Assembly: GCA_037189525.1 (NCBI GenBank)
Contig: JBBCJC010000002.1
Span: 64,001-128,000, forward strand
Source of the DNA: Gemmatimonadales bacterium
Lineage (GTDB): Bacteria; Gemmatimonadota; Gemmatimonadetes; Gemmatimonadales; GWC2-71-9
DNA: 64,000 nucleotides
Direction: 5' to 3'
This document shows positions 9,006 through 19,252 of this stretch, piece after piece. The translations under genes and the position numbers were made by a program. Positions within the stretch are counted from its first letter, which is position 1, and each line of letters begins with the position of its first letter. The notes beneath the pieces are model-generated. The model made no database searches. It saw nothing but the letters and a program-made list of their open reading frames with translations, and was not told the DNA's origin.

Positions 9006-11207
9006 TCACCGCCACGGACGGGCCGCCACACGGCGGCGCCAGAGTACGCGAACCAAGCCAAAGAGGCCGACCAGGACCGGCACGCCGATCAGGTTGCCCC
9101 ATTTGAAGAGGTCGCGCTTGAGCGGCGTGTCGAACACCAGGGGCGGCGGCGTCCGATCCTTGGACCTGATCCGGATCAGCCGTTCATCCTGGAGCAACCA
9201 GTCGATCGCATTGGTGGCGAAGATCAGGTTCTGCACGTTAGCCCGCACGAACCGATCCTCCAGGAAGTCCGCGTCTCCAACCACGACCAGCCGTCCGGCC
9301 GCTCCCGATTCGGGAACCGCAACCGCCATATTCTGCCGAGCAAGCGATGACGTGTCCGGATAGAACGGATAGTCCGGCGACACCGGCGAGGATGTCGCAG
9401 TATGGCGGCCGGCAGCCTCGGTCGTCGTCCAGAGCACTGGCGTCGCTACCGTGTCGGCCACCGCGAGCGCCGTCGGCCAGCCAAGCGTCAGCGACGAAAG
9501 CCCGGCGGTGGCGGGATGCGGCGCGGCCCGCAGCACATGCGGCCAGGGCGGAAACGGCGCCGAATAGGGCCGGCCGTCGCGCTCACCGCGCGATACGACT
9601 TCGTTCGACTTGAGATCGAACACGATTCCCGCCGCGAGGCCGATGCCGCGCGCCGAGAGGAGCGACTCGAAACCGGTGGTGAGCGGCTGTGCCAGCTGCG
9701 CAATATTGACGTTGGTTCGATCCAGCAGGAACAGCACCGGCCCGCCCGCATCGATGTACTCACCGACGCGGTCGACGACCACGGGCGGGATGGTCTGACG
9801 AGGTCCGGCCACGACGAGGACATCGATGGAATCGCGCCCGAGTGCCGGCATTGCCAGACTGTCGGCAAAGGCAGTGCCGACCCGGTACCGATTTTCGAGG
9901 ACGTCGCGCCAGATATTGTAGCTGTACGGCGTCCGCGCCTCGAACCCGGCCAGGAAGGTGACCGACGGCCGTTTACCCGACGTCAGCGACGCGATACTGG
10001 CAATCAGACGGTATTCCAGGTCATCGGTCTGCTGCAGCACCGGAAAGGTCTGCTTCTCTTCCGCATACTGGATCACGATACCGAGCCAGCCGCGCCGTAC
10101 CTGATACTCGTCGCCGCGGAGGCTGCTGAACTGGAGCGGTCGAAGGCCGTACGACACGGCTTCCTTTTCCGCCTCCGGATCGGTATCCGGCTTGAGCTCT
10201 TCGGTCCTGATCCGGCCTCCGCTGGCCGCGCGGAAATCGCCGAGCAGATCACGGATGTCCCGAACGGTGCGCTGCACATCCGGAGGCAATGCACGAGAGG
10301 CAAACAGCTTGATGGTAACCTGATCGTCGAGCGATCGGAGCACGTCACGCGTCGCGTCCGAAAGCGAATAGAGCCCCTGGGAGGTCAAATCGAATCGCTG
10401 CCGCACCCCGCTGCCGGCCGCATTGACGGCGATCACCGCCGCCACGATGGCCACCGTCCCCACCTGCAGCCGACGGTGTCCGCTACGCACTCGGCTCAGG
10501 CGGCGCCGGACCAGGATGCCATAGGCAAACGTCCCGAACAAGACCGCCGTCGAGACGAAATACAGGAGGTCGCGGACGTCGAGCGCGCCGCGCGCCACGG
10601 GCTCGAAGTGGGCCAGGATCGACAGATTGCCGGCCCACGCCGCCGCTCGATCCGGAAGAGCGCTCAGCAGCAGCGGCTCGCCCAGAAAGACGAGGCTCCA
10701 GCTCACCGCGAGACCCAGAATGAAGGCGGTAACCTGATTCCGGGTCGCGCTCGAGGCCCAGACGCCGATGGCCGTCATCTGCGCAGCGAGCAAGATTGCG
10801 CCGAGGTACTGCGCCAGCATGATGCCTGGATCGGCCTCCGACACCAGGAGCACCCCGATCGCCGTGGGCAGCGTACCGACCAGAGTGGTCAGCACGAAGA
10901 GCAGGTTGCCCAGCATCTTGCCGAGCAACAGTTCGAGTTCCGACAGCGGCTGCGAGGTCAGCCAATCTAAGGTTCCACTGCGGCGTTCTTCCGCAAACGA
11001 CCGCATCGTCATCGCGGGGATGAAGATCGCGAACAGCCAGGGCAGCAGCAGGAAGACGGTCCGAAGCGATGCCGCCCCGGTGCCGTACAGGGTCCGGAAC
11101 GCTACGAACAGCGCCAGCAACAGGAACGCAATCAGCAGGATGTACGCCGTGGGGTGGTCGAAATACCCCTTGACCTCCCGCCGGGCCACGCGCCAGATCT
11201 GTTTCAT
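9006..11207 (-). CDS. ABC permease (GldF-like) fused to GldG-like auxiliary domain
   Basis: RRE..YF..P.AY, TMRSFAEERRSGT, RFDLTSQGLYSLS, EYRL, GRLVVVGDADF, NAIDWL. Confidence 0.85.
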   Translation of the reverse strand: MKQIWRVARREVKGYFDHPTAYILLIAFLLLALFVAFRTLYGTGAASLRTVFLLLPWLFAIFIPAMTMRSFAEERRSGTLDWLTSQPLSELELLLGKMLGNLLFVLTTLVGTLPTAIGVLLVSEADPGIMLAQYLGAILLAAQMTAIGVWASSATRNQVTAFILGLAVSWSLVFLGEPLLLSALPDRAAAWAGNLSILAHFEPVARGALDVRDLLYFVSTAVLFGTFAYGILVRRRLSRVRSGHRRLQVGTVAIVAAVIAVNAAGSGVRQRFDLTSQGLYSLSDATRDVLRSLDDQVTIKLFASRALPPDVQRTVRDIRDLLGDFRAASGGRIRTEELKPDTDPEAEKEAVSYGLRPLQFSSLRGDEYQVRRGWLGIVIQYAEEKQTFPVLQQTDDLEYRLIASIASLTSGKRPSVTFLAGFEARTPYSYNIWRDVLENRYRVGTAFADSLAMPALGRDSIDVLVVAGPRQTIPPVVVDRVGEYIDAGGPVLFLLDRTNVNIAQLAQPLTTGFESLLSARGIGLAAGIVFDLKSNEVVSRGERDGRPYSAPFPPWPHVLRAAPHPATAGLSSLTLGWPTALAVADTVATPVLWTTTEAAGRHTATSSPVSPDYPFYPDTSSLARQNMAVAVPESGAAGRLVVVGDADFLEDRFVRANVQNLIFATNAIDWLLQDERLIRIRSKDRTPPPLVFDTPLKRDLFKWGNLIGVPVLVGLFGLVRVLWRRRVAARPWR

Positions 11208-12163
11208 GGATGCTCACCTTCCGGGGCGTGGAGCACGCTCTCCCCATCGGACGTGAGCGTCTGAAAGAGTTGCTCGACGGTCGCCCGCTCGCGATAGAGC
11301 TCCCAGATGATCCAGCCGCGTTCGATAGCCGCGCGCGACAGCATCGGGCGCAGGTCGTCGGTCTGATCGGTGACCAGACGAATCCGGACGCGGTCCTCGA
11401 CGGTTTCGATCGAGTGACCGACGAGTCCCGGAAGGCTTTCAACCAGCTGCGCAGGATCGGCGCCCGCCAGCTCCATCACGTAGCTGGCGCGCCCTCGCCC
11501 GGCCGCGAGCAGCTCGGCTACGCCACCATCGGCCACCAGGCGGCCGCGATGGATGACCAGGAGACGGCTGCAGGTCGCCTCGACCTCCTGCAGGACATGC
11601 GTACTGAGCAGCACGGTACGGTCGCGCCCCACGTCGCCGATCAGCTTGCGGATTTCGAGCCGCTGGTTGGGATCGAGCCCTTCGGTCGGTTCGTCGAGCA
11701 CCAGGACATCCGGTCGGTGCAGCACCGCCGCCGCCAGCCCGACCCGCTGCCGATATCCCTTGGACAACTCGCTGATCGGACGATGATAGACGTCCTGGAT
11801 TCCGGTCTGTTCGACCGCGTCACCCACCGCCGAGCGCGCCGCGGCGCCCTGCAGGTCACGGAGGGACGCGGCGTAACTCAAGAACTCGTGGACCATCATG
11901 TCGACATAGAGCGGATTCGATTCGGGCAGGAATCCGATCCGCCGTTTGGCGTCGATCAGGTCCTCACCGATCGAACGCCCGTCGAAACTGACGGAGCCCG
12001 CATCGGGCTGCAGCATGCCGGTCAGCATGCGCATCATGGTCGTCTTGCCAGCGCCGTTGGCGCCCAGAAAACCGACGACTTCGCCGCGGTCGATCCGAAA
12101 GCTGACGTCGTCGACGGCGTGAATGGCGCCGAAATACTTATGAACCGACTGGACGGCAATCAT
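11204..12163 (-). CDS. ABC transporter ATP-binding protein (GldA-like)
   Basis: Walker A GANGAGKT, signature LSKGYRQR, Walker B LVLDEPT, STH. 4-bp ATGA overlap with the permease. Confidence 0.95.
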   Translation of the reverse strand: MIAVQSVHKYFGAIHAVDDVSFRIDRGEVVGFLGANGAGKTTMMRMLTGMLQPDAGSVSFDGRSIGEDLIDAKRRIGFLPESNPLYVDMMVHEFLSYAASLRDLQGAAARSAVGDAVEQTGIQDVYHRPISELSKGYRQRVGLAAAVLHRPDVLVLDEPTEGLDPNQRLEIRKLIGDVGRDRTVLLSTHVLQEVEATCSRLLVIHRGRLVADGGVAELLAAGRGRASYVMELAGADPAQLVESLPGLVGHSIETVEDRVRIRLVTDQTDDLRPMLSRAAIERGWIIWELYRERATVEQLFQTLTSDGESVLHAPEGEHP

Positions 12164-12355
12164 GATGGGCGGAGCCGTACCGGAACGGCGAGGTCGAATC
12201 CAGGCAAAGTCGTTCTCGCGGGACGGAGTTCTGGGATATCGCGAAACGTGATACGGGGCGCGATCGCAGGTCCGGGGAATTTAGTCCGTCCGGACCCAAT
12301 CAGCGACCGTATCCCGGCCGTCGCAACCGCGCTCCCGGTCCATTAAGTTGAATTC

Positions 12356-13042
12356 GTGACCAGTGACTTGGCGATCCAGGGTTATTCGGTCGTCCCGAGT
12401 GGGGTGACGGCCGAGGTCGTAGCTGAGTTGCGTGCCCAGGTCGATCCGATCCTGGCCCGCCATGCCGAACGTGGCGGCGTCCGCGATCTGTTTCAACACC
12501 TTCCGTCGCTCGTCCCCCTCGCCGTCGGCCCCCTTCGAGACCTCGTTGCCCCCACCCTCGGCGCCGGCGCTGTGGCCGTTCGCGCCCTGCTGTTCGACAA
12601 GACGCCGGTGGCCAACTGGAAAGTCACCTGGCACCAGGATGTCACCATTTCGGTGTCCGAGTATGCCGATTGCCTCGGCTGGGGACCCTGGTCGCGGAAA
12701 GCGGGCGCGTGGCATGTCCATCCCCCGGCCGCGGTGCTGGACCGGATGCTGACTCTCAGGCTCCACCTGGATCCCTGCGGCCCCGACAATGGGCCGGTGC
12801 GGGTCATTCCGGGTTCGCATCTGGGCGGCCGATTCTCCGACTCCGAGGTGGAGCGGGTGGCCCGGAGCGCGGCACCGGTCGATTGCCTCGTCGCCGAAGG
12901 AGGCGTCCTCCTGATGCGCCCCCTGATCCTGCACGCCTCGGCGCCGGCTGCAGCGCCGAGCCACCGGCGGGTCATCCACATCGAGTACGCCTCCGCCGAT
13001 CCGCTGCCGGACGGCTTCAACTGGGCCGAAGCCGTCAGCTGA
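12356..13042 (+). CDS. Phytanoyl-CoA dioxygenase (PhyH) family Fe(II)/2OG oxygenase
   Basis: WHQD, NGPVRVIPGSH, LHAS, RRVIH. Confidence 0.9.
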   Translation: MTSDLAIQGYSVVPSGVTAEVVAELRAQVDPILARHAERGGVRDLFQHLPSLVPLAVGPLRDLVAPTLGAGAVAVRALLFDKTPVANWKVTWHQDVTISVSEYADCLGWGPWSRKAGAWHVHPPAAVLDRMLTLRLHLDPCGPDNGPVRVIPGSHLGGRFSDSEVERVARSAAPVDCLVAEGGVLLMRPLILHASAPAAAPSHRRVIHIEYASADPLPDGFNWAEAVS

Positions 13043-13166
13043 CCGACCGGCGCGACGATCCTCGCGCGACAAGCATCTCCTCTCCCTTCGGCCCTGACCG
13101 CCGGAGCGGATGGTATCTTGCAGCATCGTCCGCCTGGATCAACCTGGACACGGGAGTTCGGTCCTC

Positions 13167-13352
13167 ATGGCCAATTTCAAACGCCGCCGCCCCAAGAATC
13201 GACGGGCCGGATGCCTGCTGTGCAAGCCCTGGAAGATGAACGGGTTTGCGCGGACCAAACGCACCGACGGCGAACGATTCGGCAGTCATCGGGCGCGATT
13301 CGGCGCCGAGGCTGCGCTCCACGAATTCCGGAGCGGCGCCACACCCGGCTGA
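13167..13352 (+). CDS. Small basic CxxC protein (61 aa), function unknown
   Basis: GGGAG RBS then ATG at 13167; MANFKRRRPKNRRAGCLLCKPWK...; fills the intergenic gap without overlap. Confidence 0.6.
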   Translation: MANFKRRRPKNRRAGCLLCKPWKMNGFARTKRTDGERFGSHRARFGAEAALHEFRSGATPG

Positions 13353-13396
13353 GCCGGGACACCCTACCCTTCAAGACCTCAATTCCGAGGCACCCG

Positions 13397-15490
13397 ATGG
13401 CTCACGCCCTGACGTCTCTGGGCCTCCTGGTCGCGACCGTCTTTCTGCCGGTCGCGTCGCTCGCTCAGACTCCCGCCCAACCCGGCCGCCGACCGCTCCA
13501 ACTCGAAGACTTCTACCGCCTCCGGAGCATCGGATCGCCCGCGATCTCTCCCGACGGCCGGTGGGTCCTCTATACCATTTCGACCCCGGTCGAGGAGACG
13601 AACGGCAGCAGCGTCGAGACCTGGCTCGTCGCCACGGACGGCTCGACCCCGCCGACCCCGATCCGCCATCAGGGACAGAGCGTCACCGCACCTCGCTGGA
13701 CCGATGACGGCCGGGTCCGCTATGCCGATCGGGATGCTCACTGGACCGTCGACCCCGCCCGGCTCAGCGTGGCGCCGGTCGCCAGCCAGGCAGACGAGCG
13801 GCTTGGGCTCCGGAGCCCGGATGGCCGATGGCTGGCCCGAACCCGTGCCGTCCCCGCGGCGTCGCGTCCGGCCCCGGCCATGACCGCGTTCGAGCAGCGC
13901 CACGAGACCCGTTTCAAGGGCACGGCGCTCGACTGGTATCCGTTCCTGCAGGACGGTCGCCCGTTTCCGGTTCCCAATCGGGCTACTGAGCCGAGCCTCG
14001 AAGTCGTCGTCACGCCTACCGACGGTTCCGGCTCCGAACGACAACTGACTCGGCTGGGCCTCGAGGCCGCCAATCTTCGCTGGACCGCCGACAGCCGCGC
14101 ACTGCTGTTCACCGCCAACGCGAGCCGCGGTGATGAGCTCGCTTACGGGTCAGCGGACATCTTCCGCGTCGATCTCGACGAACGCGCGACCCGTCTGACC
14201 GAAGGCGGGTACAACCATTCGGGCGTCGAGGTATCGCCCGACGGCCGCTGGTACGCATATGTCCGCTCGCTGGGCACCGATCTGATCATCCGCCAGAAAC
14301 TCGATCACGGCGGGGCGCAGGATCTCTTCGTCCAACCCGTGGCGGGAGGAACAGCCGTCAATCTGACCGAGCAGTGGGACCTGGATGCGGGCGCTCCCCG
14401 GTGGTCGCCGGACAGCCGGTATCTGTACTTCACGGCCGGCATCGGCGGCGCGGTCCATCTCTTCCGGGTGGCCGCAGCCGGCGGCGCAGTCGAACAGATC
14501 ACCACCGGCCCTCGACGGATCGGCAATCTGAGCTTCGACCGTGCCTTCCGGCGGATCGCCTACACGGCAAGCGAGCTCGACCGGCCAGCCGACCTCTACG
14601 TCGCCGACATCGACGGGCGAAACGAACGCCGCCTGACCGACGCCAACCGCGATCTCTTCGCGACCGCCACGGTGGCCGAGCGCCCGTCGGAGCGGGTCAC
14701 CTGGAAGAGCTACGACGGCACCGAGATCGAAGGCTTCCTGATTTTCCCCAGAGGATACGACCCCGGCCGCGGCCCCTATCCCCTGATCATCGTGAACCAC
14801 GGCGGGCCGCACGCCGCCTCGGGATACGCCTTCGACTTCAAGCAGGCCTACTTCGCCGCCAACGGGTACCTGGTCTTCCTGCCCAATTTCCGCAGCTCGA
14901 CCGGCTACGGCGATGCATTCAAGTGGGCGACCTGGGGCGGCTGGGGCAACAAAGACGGCGAAGACGTGCTATCGGGCGTCGACCACCTGGTCGCCAGGTA
15001 CGCAGCCGACGGGAACCGGGTCGGGACCACCGGCCATTCCTATGGCGGCATCCTGACCAACTGGCTGATCACCAAATACCCCGACCGATTCCGGGCCGCC
15101 GTGTCCGGAGCCGGCGAATCCAACTGGACCAGCAACTTTGCTCTGTCGGATGTGGCCCGAACCAAGGAGACCGAGTTCTTCGGACCACCCTGGGATCCGC
15201 GCGCCCGCGCCATCATGATTGCCCAGTCGCCGCTGCTCAACGCGGCCGGCGTCAAAGCGGCCACGCTCTTCATCCACGGCGGCGTTGACTATCGGGTGCC
15301 GCTCCAAGGGGCAATCCAGCTCTATACGGCGCTCAAGAAGCAGCAGGTGCCGACCAAGCTGATCATCTACGAAGGGCAGGCGCACGGCATCACCGGTCAT
15401 TGGAACAACATCCACCGGATCATGCACGAACTGCGATGGTGGGATACCTACCTGGCGCCGCCCTTGTCCGGAGCTGGCGGAGGCCGCTGA
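13397..15490 (+). CDS. S9 family peptidase (secreted; beta-propeller plus catalytic domain)
   Basis: Start moved to 13397. Signal peptide, SPDG repeats, HGGP, GHSYGG, DYRVP, QAHG. Confidence 0.92.
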   Translation: MAHALTSLGLLVATVFLPVASLAQTPAQPGRRPLQLEDFYRLRSIGSPAISPDGRWVLYTISTPVEETNGSSVETWLVATDGSTPPTPIRHQGQSVTAPRWTDDGRVRYADRDAHWTVDPARLSVAPVASQADERLGLRSPDGRWLARTRAVPAASRPAPAMTAFEQRHETRFKGTALDWYPFLQDGRPFPVPNRATEPSLEVVVTPTDGSGSERQLTRLGLEAANLRWTADSRALLFTANASRGDELAYGSADIFRVDLDERATRLTEGGYNHSGVEVSPDGRWYAYVRSLGTDLIIRQKLDHGGAQDLFVQPVAGGTAVNLTEQWDLDAGAPRWSPDSRYLYFTAGIGGAVHLFRVAAAGGAVEQITTGPRRIGNLSFDRAFRRIAYTASELDRPADLYVADIDGRNERRLTDANRDLFATATVAERPSERVTWKSYDGTEIEGFLIFPRGYDPGRGPYPLIIVNHGGPHAASGYAFDFKQAYFAANGYLVFLPNFRSSTGYGDAFKWATWGGWGNKDGEDVLSGVDHLVARYAADGNRVGTTGHSYGGILTNWLITKYPDRFRAAVSGAGESNWTSNFALSDVARTKETEFFGPPWDPRARAIMIAQSPLLNAAGVKAATLFIHGGVDYRVPLQGAIQLYTALKKQQVPTKLIIYEGQAHGITGHWNNIHRIMHELRWWDTYLAPPLSGAGGGR

Positions 15491-15501
15491 CGAGGGGAGA
15501 T

Positions 15502-15526
15502 CGGGGCGGCGCGTTGCGCCGCCCCG
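15502..15526. terminator. Hairpin between convergent genes
   Basis: cggggcggcgc-gtt-gcgccgccccg, 11-bp stem; no clear U-tract. Confidence 0.6.
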
Positions 15527-15532
15527 CTGCGT

Positions 15533-16876
15533 TCAGTCCCTGACTGCCGCCCGGTTCCAGCCGAACCCGTAGTAGAAAACCAGACCGACCGCGAGCAGGC
15601 CGATACCGATCAGCGTATCGAGGGGTTGCTCGATCGTGGTATTGATGATCAGGAACGCCGCAAATCCGGTAAAGACCAGCGGCGTGAAGGGATATCCCCA
15701 ACTCCGATAGGGCCGCGGCAGATTCGGTTCGCGGCGGCGGAGGACCATCACCCCCACGGCCGACAACCCGTAGAACAGGAACGACGCAAAGACGACGTAG
15801 GTGGCGAGCTGATCGTACGTTCCCGACAGCGCCAGCAGCGACGACCAAACGCCCTGTACCAGGATCGAGGTGGTCGGCACCGCGTATCGCGGACTGACTC
15901 GGCCCGCCCAGGCGAAGAACTGTCCGTCGCGCGCCATGGCAAACGGAATCCGCGCCGCGGTAAAGACGATCCCGTTGTTCGAACCGAGCGTCGACACCAG
16001 CACCGTGAACGTCACGACCACGGCCCCTGCCGTGCCCAGTACGGCGGTCGCCGCATCGGCCGCGACCCGCGGCGACTGGCCCACGCCCTGATGACCGAGC
16101 ACATAGGTAAACGCCACGGCCACGGTCACGTAGAGCAGCGCCACCAGTGCGGTCGACAGGATGATCGAGCGCGGCATGTCACGCGCCGGATTCCGCATCT
16201 CGCTCCCGACGTAGGTGATCTCGATCCATCCGTCATAGGCAAAGAGCGCAGCAACCAGCGCCAGGCCAAACGGCCCGATCAGACTGGTCCAGGACTCCGT
16301 CGGCCAGAAGGGCTGCAGATTTTCTGCCGAGCCACCGGGAAGCAGAAAACAGAGAGCTGCCAGACCGACGATGGCAACGATCTTGAGCACGGTGAGCACG
16401 TTCTGCAGAACGACGCCCAGGCGGAGGCCGAAGCAGTTCATGACCGACAGCCCCATGATCGACACCACGGCCGCCACTTTCACTCCGACCGACCCCATGG
16501 GAATCAGATGCGAGAGGTAGGTCGCGAAGCCGACCGCGATCGCCGCGATGGAACCGGGATTGATGATGACCGAACTGGCCCATCCGTACAGGTAGCCCCA
16601 GACCGGGCCATAGATCCGCTTCAGATAGACGAACTGACCGCCTGCCTTAGGCATGGCGGCTCCCAGCTCACCCAGGCAGAGCGCCCCAAACACCGAAATG
16701 ATCCCGCCCACGATCCAGACCAGCAGACTCGGCGCAACGGATCTGAAGCTGAGGGCCACCACGGCCGGCATCAGGAAGATGGCCGACGCCACCATGGTGC
16801 CGACGTTGATGGTGATGGAATCGAAAAGCGTGAGCTCGGGCTTGAGCCCGTCGTCCGTCTGCGGAGCGGCGGTCAT
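15533..16876 (-). CDS. APC family amino acid permease
   Basis: GTMVASAIF, ELGAAMPKAGG, FAYDGW, RPYRSWGYP; many TM segments. Confidence 0.92.
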   Translation of the reverse strand: MTAAPQTDDGLKPELTLFDSITINVGTMVASAIFLMPAVVALSFRSVAPSLLVWIVGGIISVFGALCLGELGAAMPKAGGQFVYLKRIYGPVWGYLYGWASSVIINPGSIAAIAVGFATYLSHLIPMGSVGVKVAAVVSIMGLSVMNCFGLRLGVVLQNVLTVLKIVAIVGLAALCFLLPGGSAENLQPFWPTESWTSLIGPFGLALVAALFAYDGWIEITYVGSEMRNPARDMPRSIILSTALVALLYVTVAVAFTYVLGHQGVGQSPRVAADAATAVLGTAGAVVVTFTVLVSTLGSNNGIVFTAARIPFAMARDGQFFAWAGRVSPRYAVPTTSILVQGVWSSLLALSGTYDQLATYVVFASFLFYGLSAVGVMVLRRREPNLPRPYRSWGYPFTPLVFTGFAAFLIINTTIEQPLDTLIGIGLLAVGLVFYYGFGWNRAAVRD

Positions 16877-16918
16877 GGCATCCCTGGCAGAAGCTGGAAA
16901 ATGGATGGCGCGGAAACG

Positions 16919-18049
16919 TCAGCCCGCAGGCTCCGCATCGCGCCAGCGACGGTACGACTCCTTGAGCAACTGCTGGAAATGATAGACGCCCGACTCCATC
17001 TCGACCGAGAAGCGCCCCCGGTCGTAGGCGCGTGATCGCAGGCCCATTTGCACCCGCTCGCAGATCTCGCGATCCTCGAGCTGCACCATGTCACTGTAGG
17101 CGACATCAGCGGCGATCTGGGCCTCCCGCCCCGCGGCGTCGGGGTCGTCGTAGTAATACCAGAAACGTACGACGCAGCGATCCGGCCCGTCCGGCAGCAC
17201 CAGGTTGGCCTGCAGCCGGTCGCCGACCAGATTGAGCATGAAGTTGGGGTAGACCCAATAGTAAAACGCCTCCCCGCCCTGATCGCCAGTGTAGACGTTG
17301 TCCTCGATCAGCGGACTGTGCTGCAGCGAATACCAGGGCGCCAGCTCCGTAGTGTACTCGAGGTAGTCGAGCACTTTGTTCAGTTCGGGATGGACGTGGG
17401 GAACGTGATACCCCTCGAGATAGTTGTCGACGTACACCTTCCAGTTGGCGTCGACGTGATAATCGACCTGGTGCACCAGGCGCTTGGTCGCCAGCAGATT
17501 CGGATGGATCCGCTCGGCGATGCCGGCAACGACGGTCGAGAGCGTCGGGGTGTGCTCCGGTTCGAGGCAGACGAAGACGAGGCCTTCCCAGGTCTCGACC
17601 CGAACCGGTACCAGACCGTAGTCGCGCTTGTCGAACAGCTCCGTCCGATCGAACTGGGGCACGCCCCGCAGCGTCCCATCGAGACGATAGGTCCAGCCGT
17701 GGTACTTACAGGTCAGCGCCTTGACGCAGCCGCGTTCGTCCAGAGCAAGCGGACCGCCGCGATGGCGGCAGACGTTGTAGAAGGCCCGGAGCGTCCCGTC
17801 GCGATCCCGCACCACGATGATCGGATCGTCGGCCACCGTAGCGGTGAGATAGTCGCCCGGGTTGGCGAGCGTCCCGACGTGACCGACGAACTGCCAGGTG
17901 CGCGCGAAGATGGCATCCCGGTCGACCGCGTGAAATCCCGGATCGACATACCAGGCGGAGGGAACCGTCTGAGACCGCTCCACCGGCACGATTTCCAGGT
18001 CCGTATCGGACAACAAGGCCCGGACGTCCGACACATGGCGTGGTAACAT
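16919..18049 (-). CDS. Rieske non-heme iron oxygenase alpha subunit (choline monooxygenase-like); start uncertain
   Basis: CRHRG..CKYHGW Rieske motif; NWK..VDNYLEGYHVPHVH mononuclear Fe site; ED..ICE.VQ.G. Confidence 0.9.
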   Translation of the reverse strand: MLPRHVSDVRALLSDTDLEIVPVERSQTVPSAWYVDPGFHAVDRDAIFARTWQFVGHVGTLANPGDYLTATVADDPIIVVRDRDGTLRAFYNVCRHRGGPLALDERGCVKALTCKYHGWTYRLDGTLRGVPQFDRTELFDKRDYGLVPVRVETWEGLVFVCLEPEHTPTLSTVVAGIAERIHPNLLATKRLVHQVDYHVDANWKVYVDNYLEGYHVPHVHPELNKVLDYLEYTTELAPWYSLQHSPLIEDNVYTGDQGGEAFYYWVYPNFMLNLVGDRLQANLVLPDGPDRCVVRFWYYYDDPDAAGREAQIAADVAYSDMVQLEDREICERVQMGLRSRAYDRGRFSVEMESGVYHFQQLLKESYRRWRDAEPAG

Positions 18050-18175
18050 CCTGGAAAGATGCGACCCGTTCCCGAGCAGGGGAAGCGCCCGCCGCAATCA
18101 TAAGGAGACCTGACTGGCGGGCCGACGTGGAGATCGGTTAATTCCCGCGGTCTCTCCAACGCAATCGAGTATTCC

Positions 18176-19252
18176 ATGGGCGTCCCGACTCGCTCTCCGC
18201 TGCGCCGCTGGGTGCGGCGTATCCTCAAGACCGTCGCCATTGTCCTCGTCCTGGCCGTGGTCGCGGGCGCCTTGTACGAGGTGTGGGCGCGGCGGCGCGC
18301 GGCCCAACAGTATCCGGCGCCGGGCGTGCTGGTCGACATCGGAACCCGGCGGATTCATCTCGATTGCCGAGGCCAGGGGGCGCCGGTCGTCGTGTTCGAA
18401 GCGGGCCTCGATACCTACGGATCGCTGAGCTGGCGACCGATCCACGACTCCGTGGCGGCAACGACTCGCGCCTGTGCCTACGATCGCGCCGGCGTCATGT
18501 GGAGCGACCCGTCGCCCGACCCGCGCAACGGCGTCACAGTCGCTCAGGACCTCCATGCGGCACTGGCAGCCGCGAATGAGACCGGACCGTTCGTCCTGGT
18601 CGGCCATTCTCTCGGCGGGCCGTATGCGATGACGTACACCAAGTACTTCCCCGACCAGGTGGCCGGCCTGGTGTTCGTCGACGCATCGCACCCCGATCAA
18701 TTTCACCGCTTTGCCGAAATCACCGGCAAGGCGGTCGAGCCGCCGCTCGGCGCGCTACGCGTCTTGCGCGCCTTGACCCCGACGGGGCTGCCGCGTCTGC
18801 TCTCCGGCCTGACCCGGAACAAGAGCATCCCGGACGACGTCAACCGGGTTCTGGCGGCGTACTTCGCCACCTCGCTCGGTCCGATGATCGACGAGGCGGG
18901 GTCACTCTCGGCGTCACTCGTCGAAGCCGGCACCATTCGCACCCTGGGCAACCGGCCGCTGGTCGTTCTGACGGCGATGCAACCACTCGACAGCGCCGGG
19001 CTGGCATCGATGCAGATGACCGCCGAACAGGGCGTTCGGTTTCGCCAGGTCTGGCAGACCCTCCAGATCGATCAGGCGAGCTGGTCCACCACCAGCCGGC
19101 ACGAGCAGTTCCCCGAGGCCGGGCACTACGTCCAGATCGATCGGCCGGACGCCGTGATCCGCGCCGTTCGCGACGTGGTCCAGTCCATACGAACGGGGGC
19201 ACCACTGGCCCCTCCCTCAGCCGACAGCGGGACCACTGGCCACGCTCACTGA
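18176..19252 (+). CDS. Alpha/beta hydrolase with N-terminal TM
   Basis: YDRAG, GHSLGG, AGHYVQ. Confidence 0.9.
   Translation: MGVPTRSPLRRWVRRILKTVAIVLVLAVVAGALYEVWARRRAAQQYPAPGVLVDIGTRRIHLDCRGQGAPVVVFEAGLDTYGSLSWRPIHDSVAATTRACAYDRAGVMWSDPSPDPRNGVTVAQDLHAALAAANETGPFVLVGHSLGGPYAMTYTKYFPDQVAGLVFVDASHPDQFHRFAEITGKAVEPPLGALRVLRALTPTGLPRLLSGLTRNKSIPDDVNRVLAAYFATSLGPMIDEAGSLSASLVEAGTIRTLGNRPLVVLTAMQPLDSAGLASMQMTAEQGVRFRQVWQTLQIDQASWSTTSRHEQFPEAGHYVQIDRPDAVIRAVRDVVQSIRTGAPLAPPSADSGTTGHAH

Noticed and set aside
8025..12163. Gliding motility system
   Set aside because: GldAFG-like ABC modules with DUF4340 occur widely in non-gliding bacteria; no other gld/spr genes are present.
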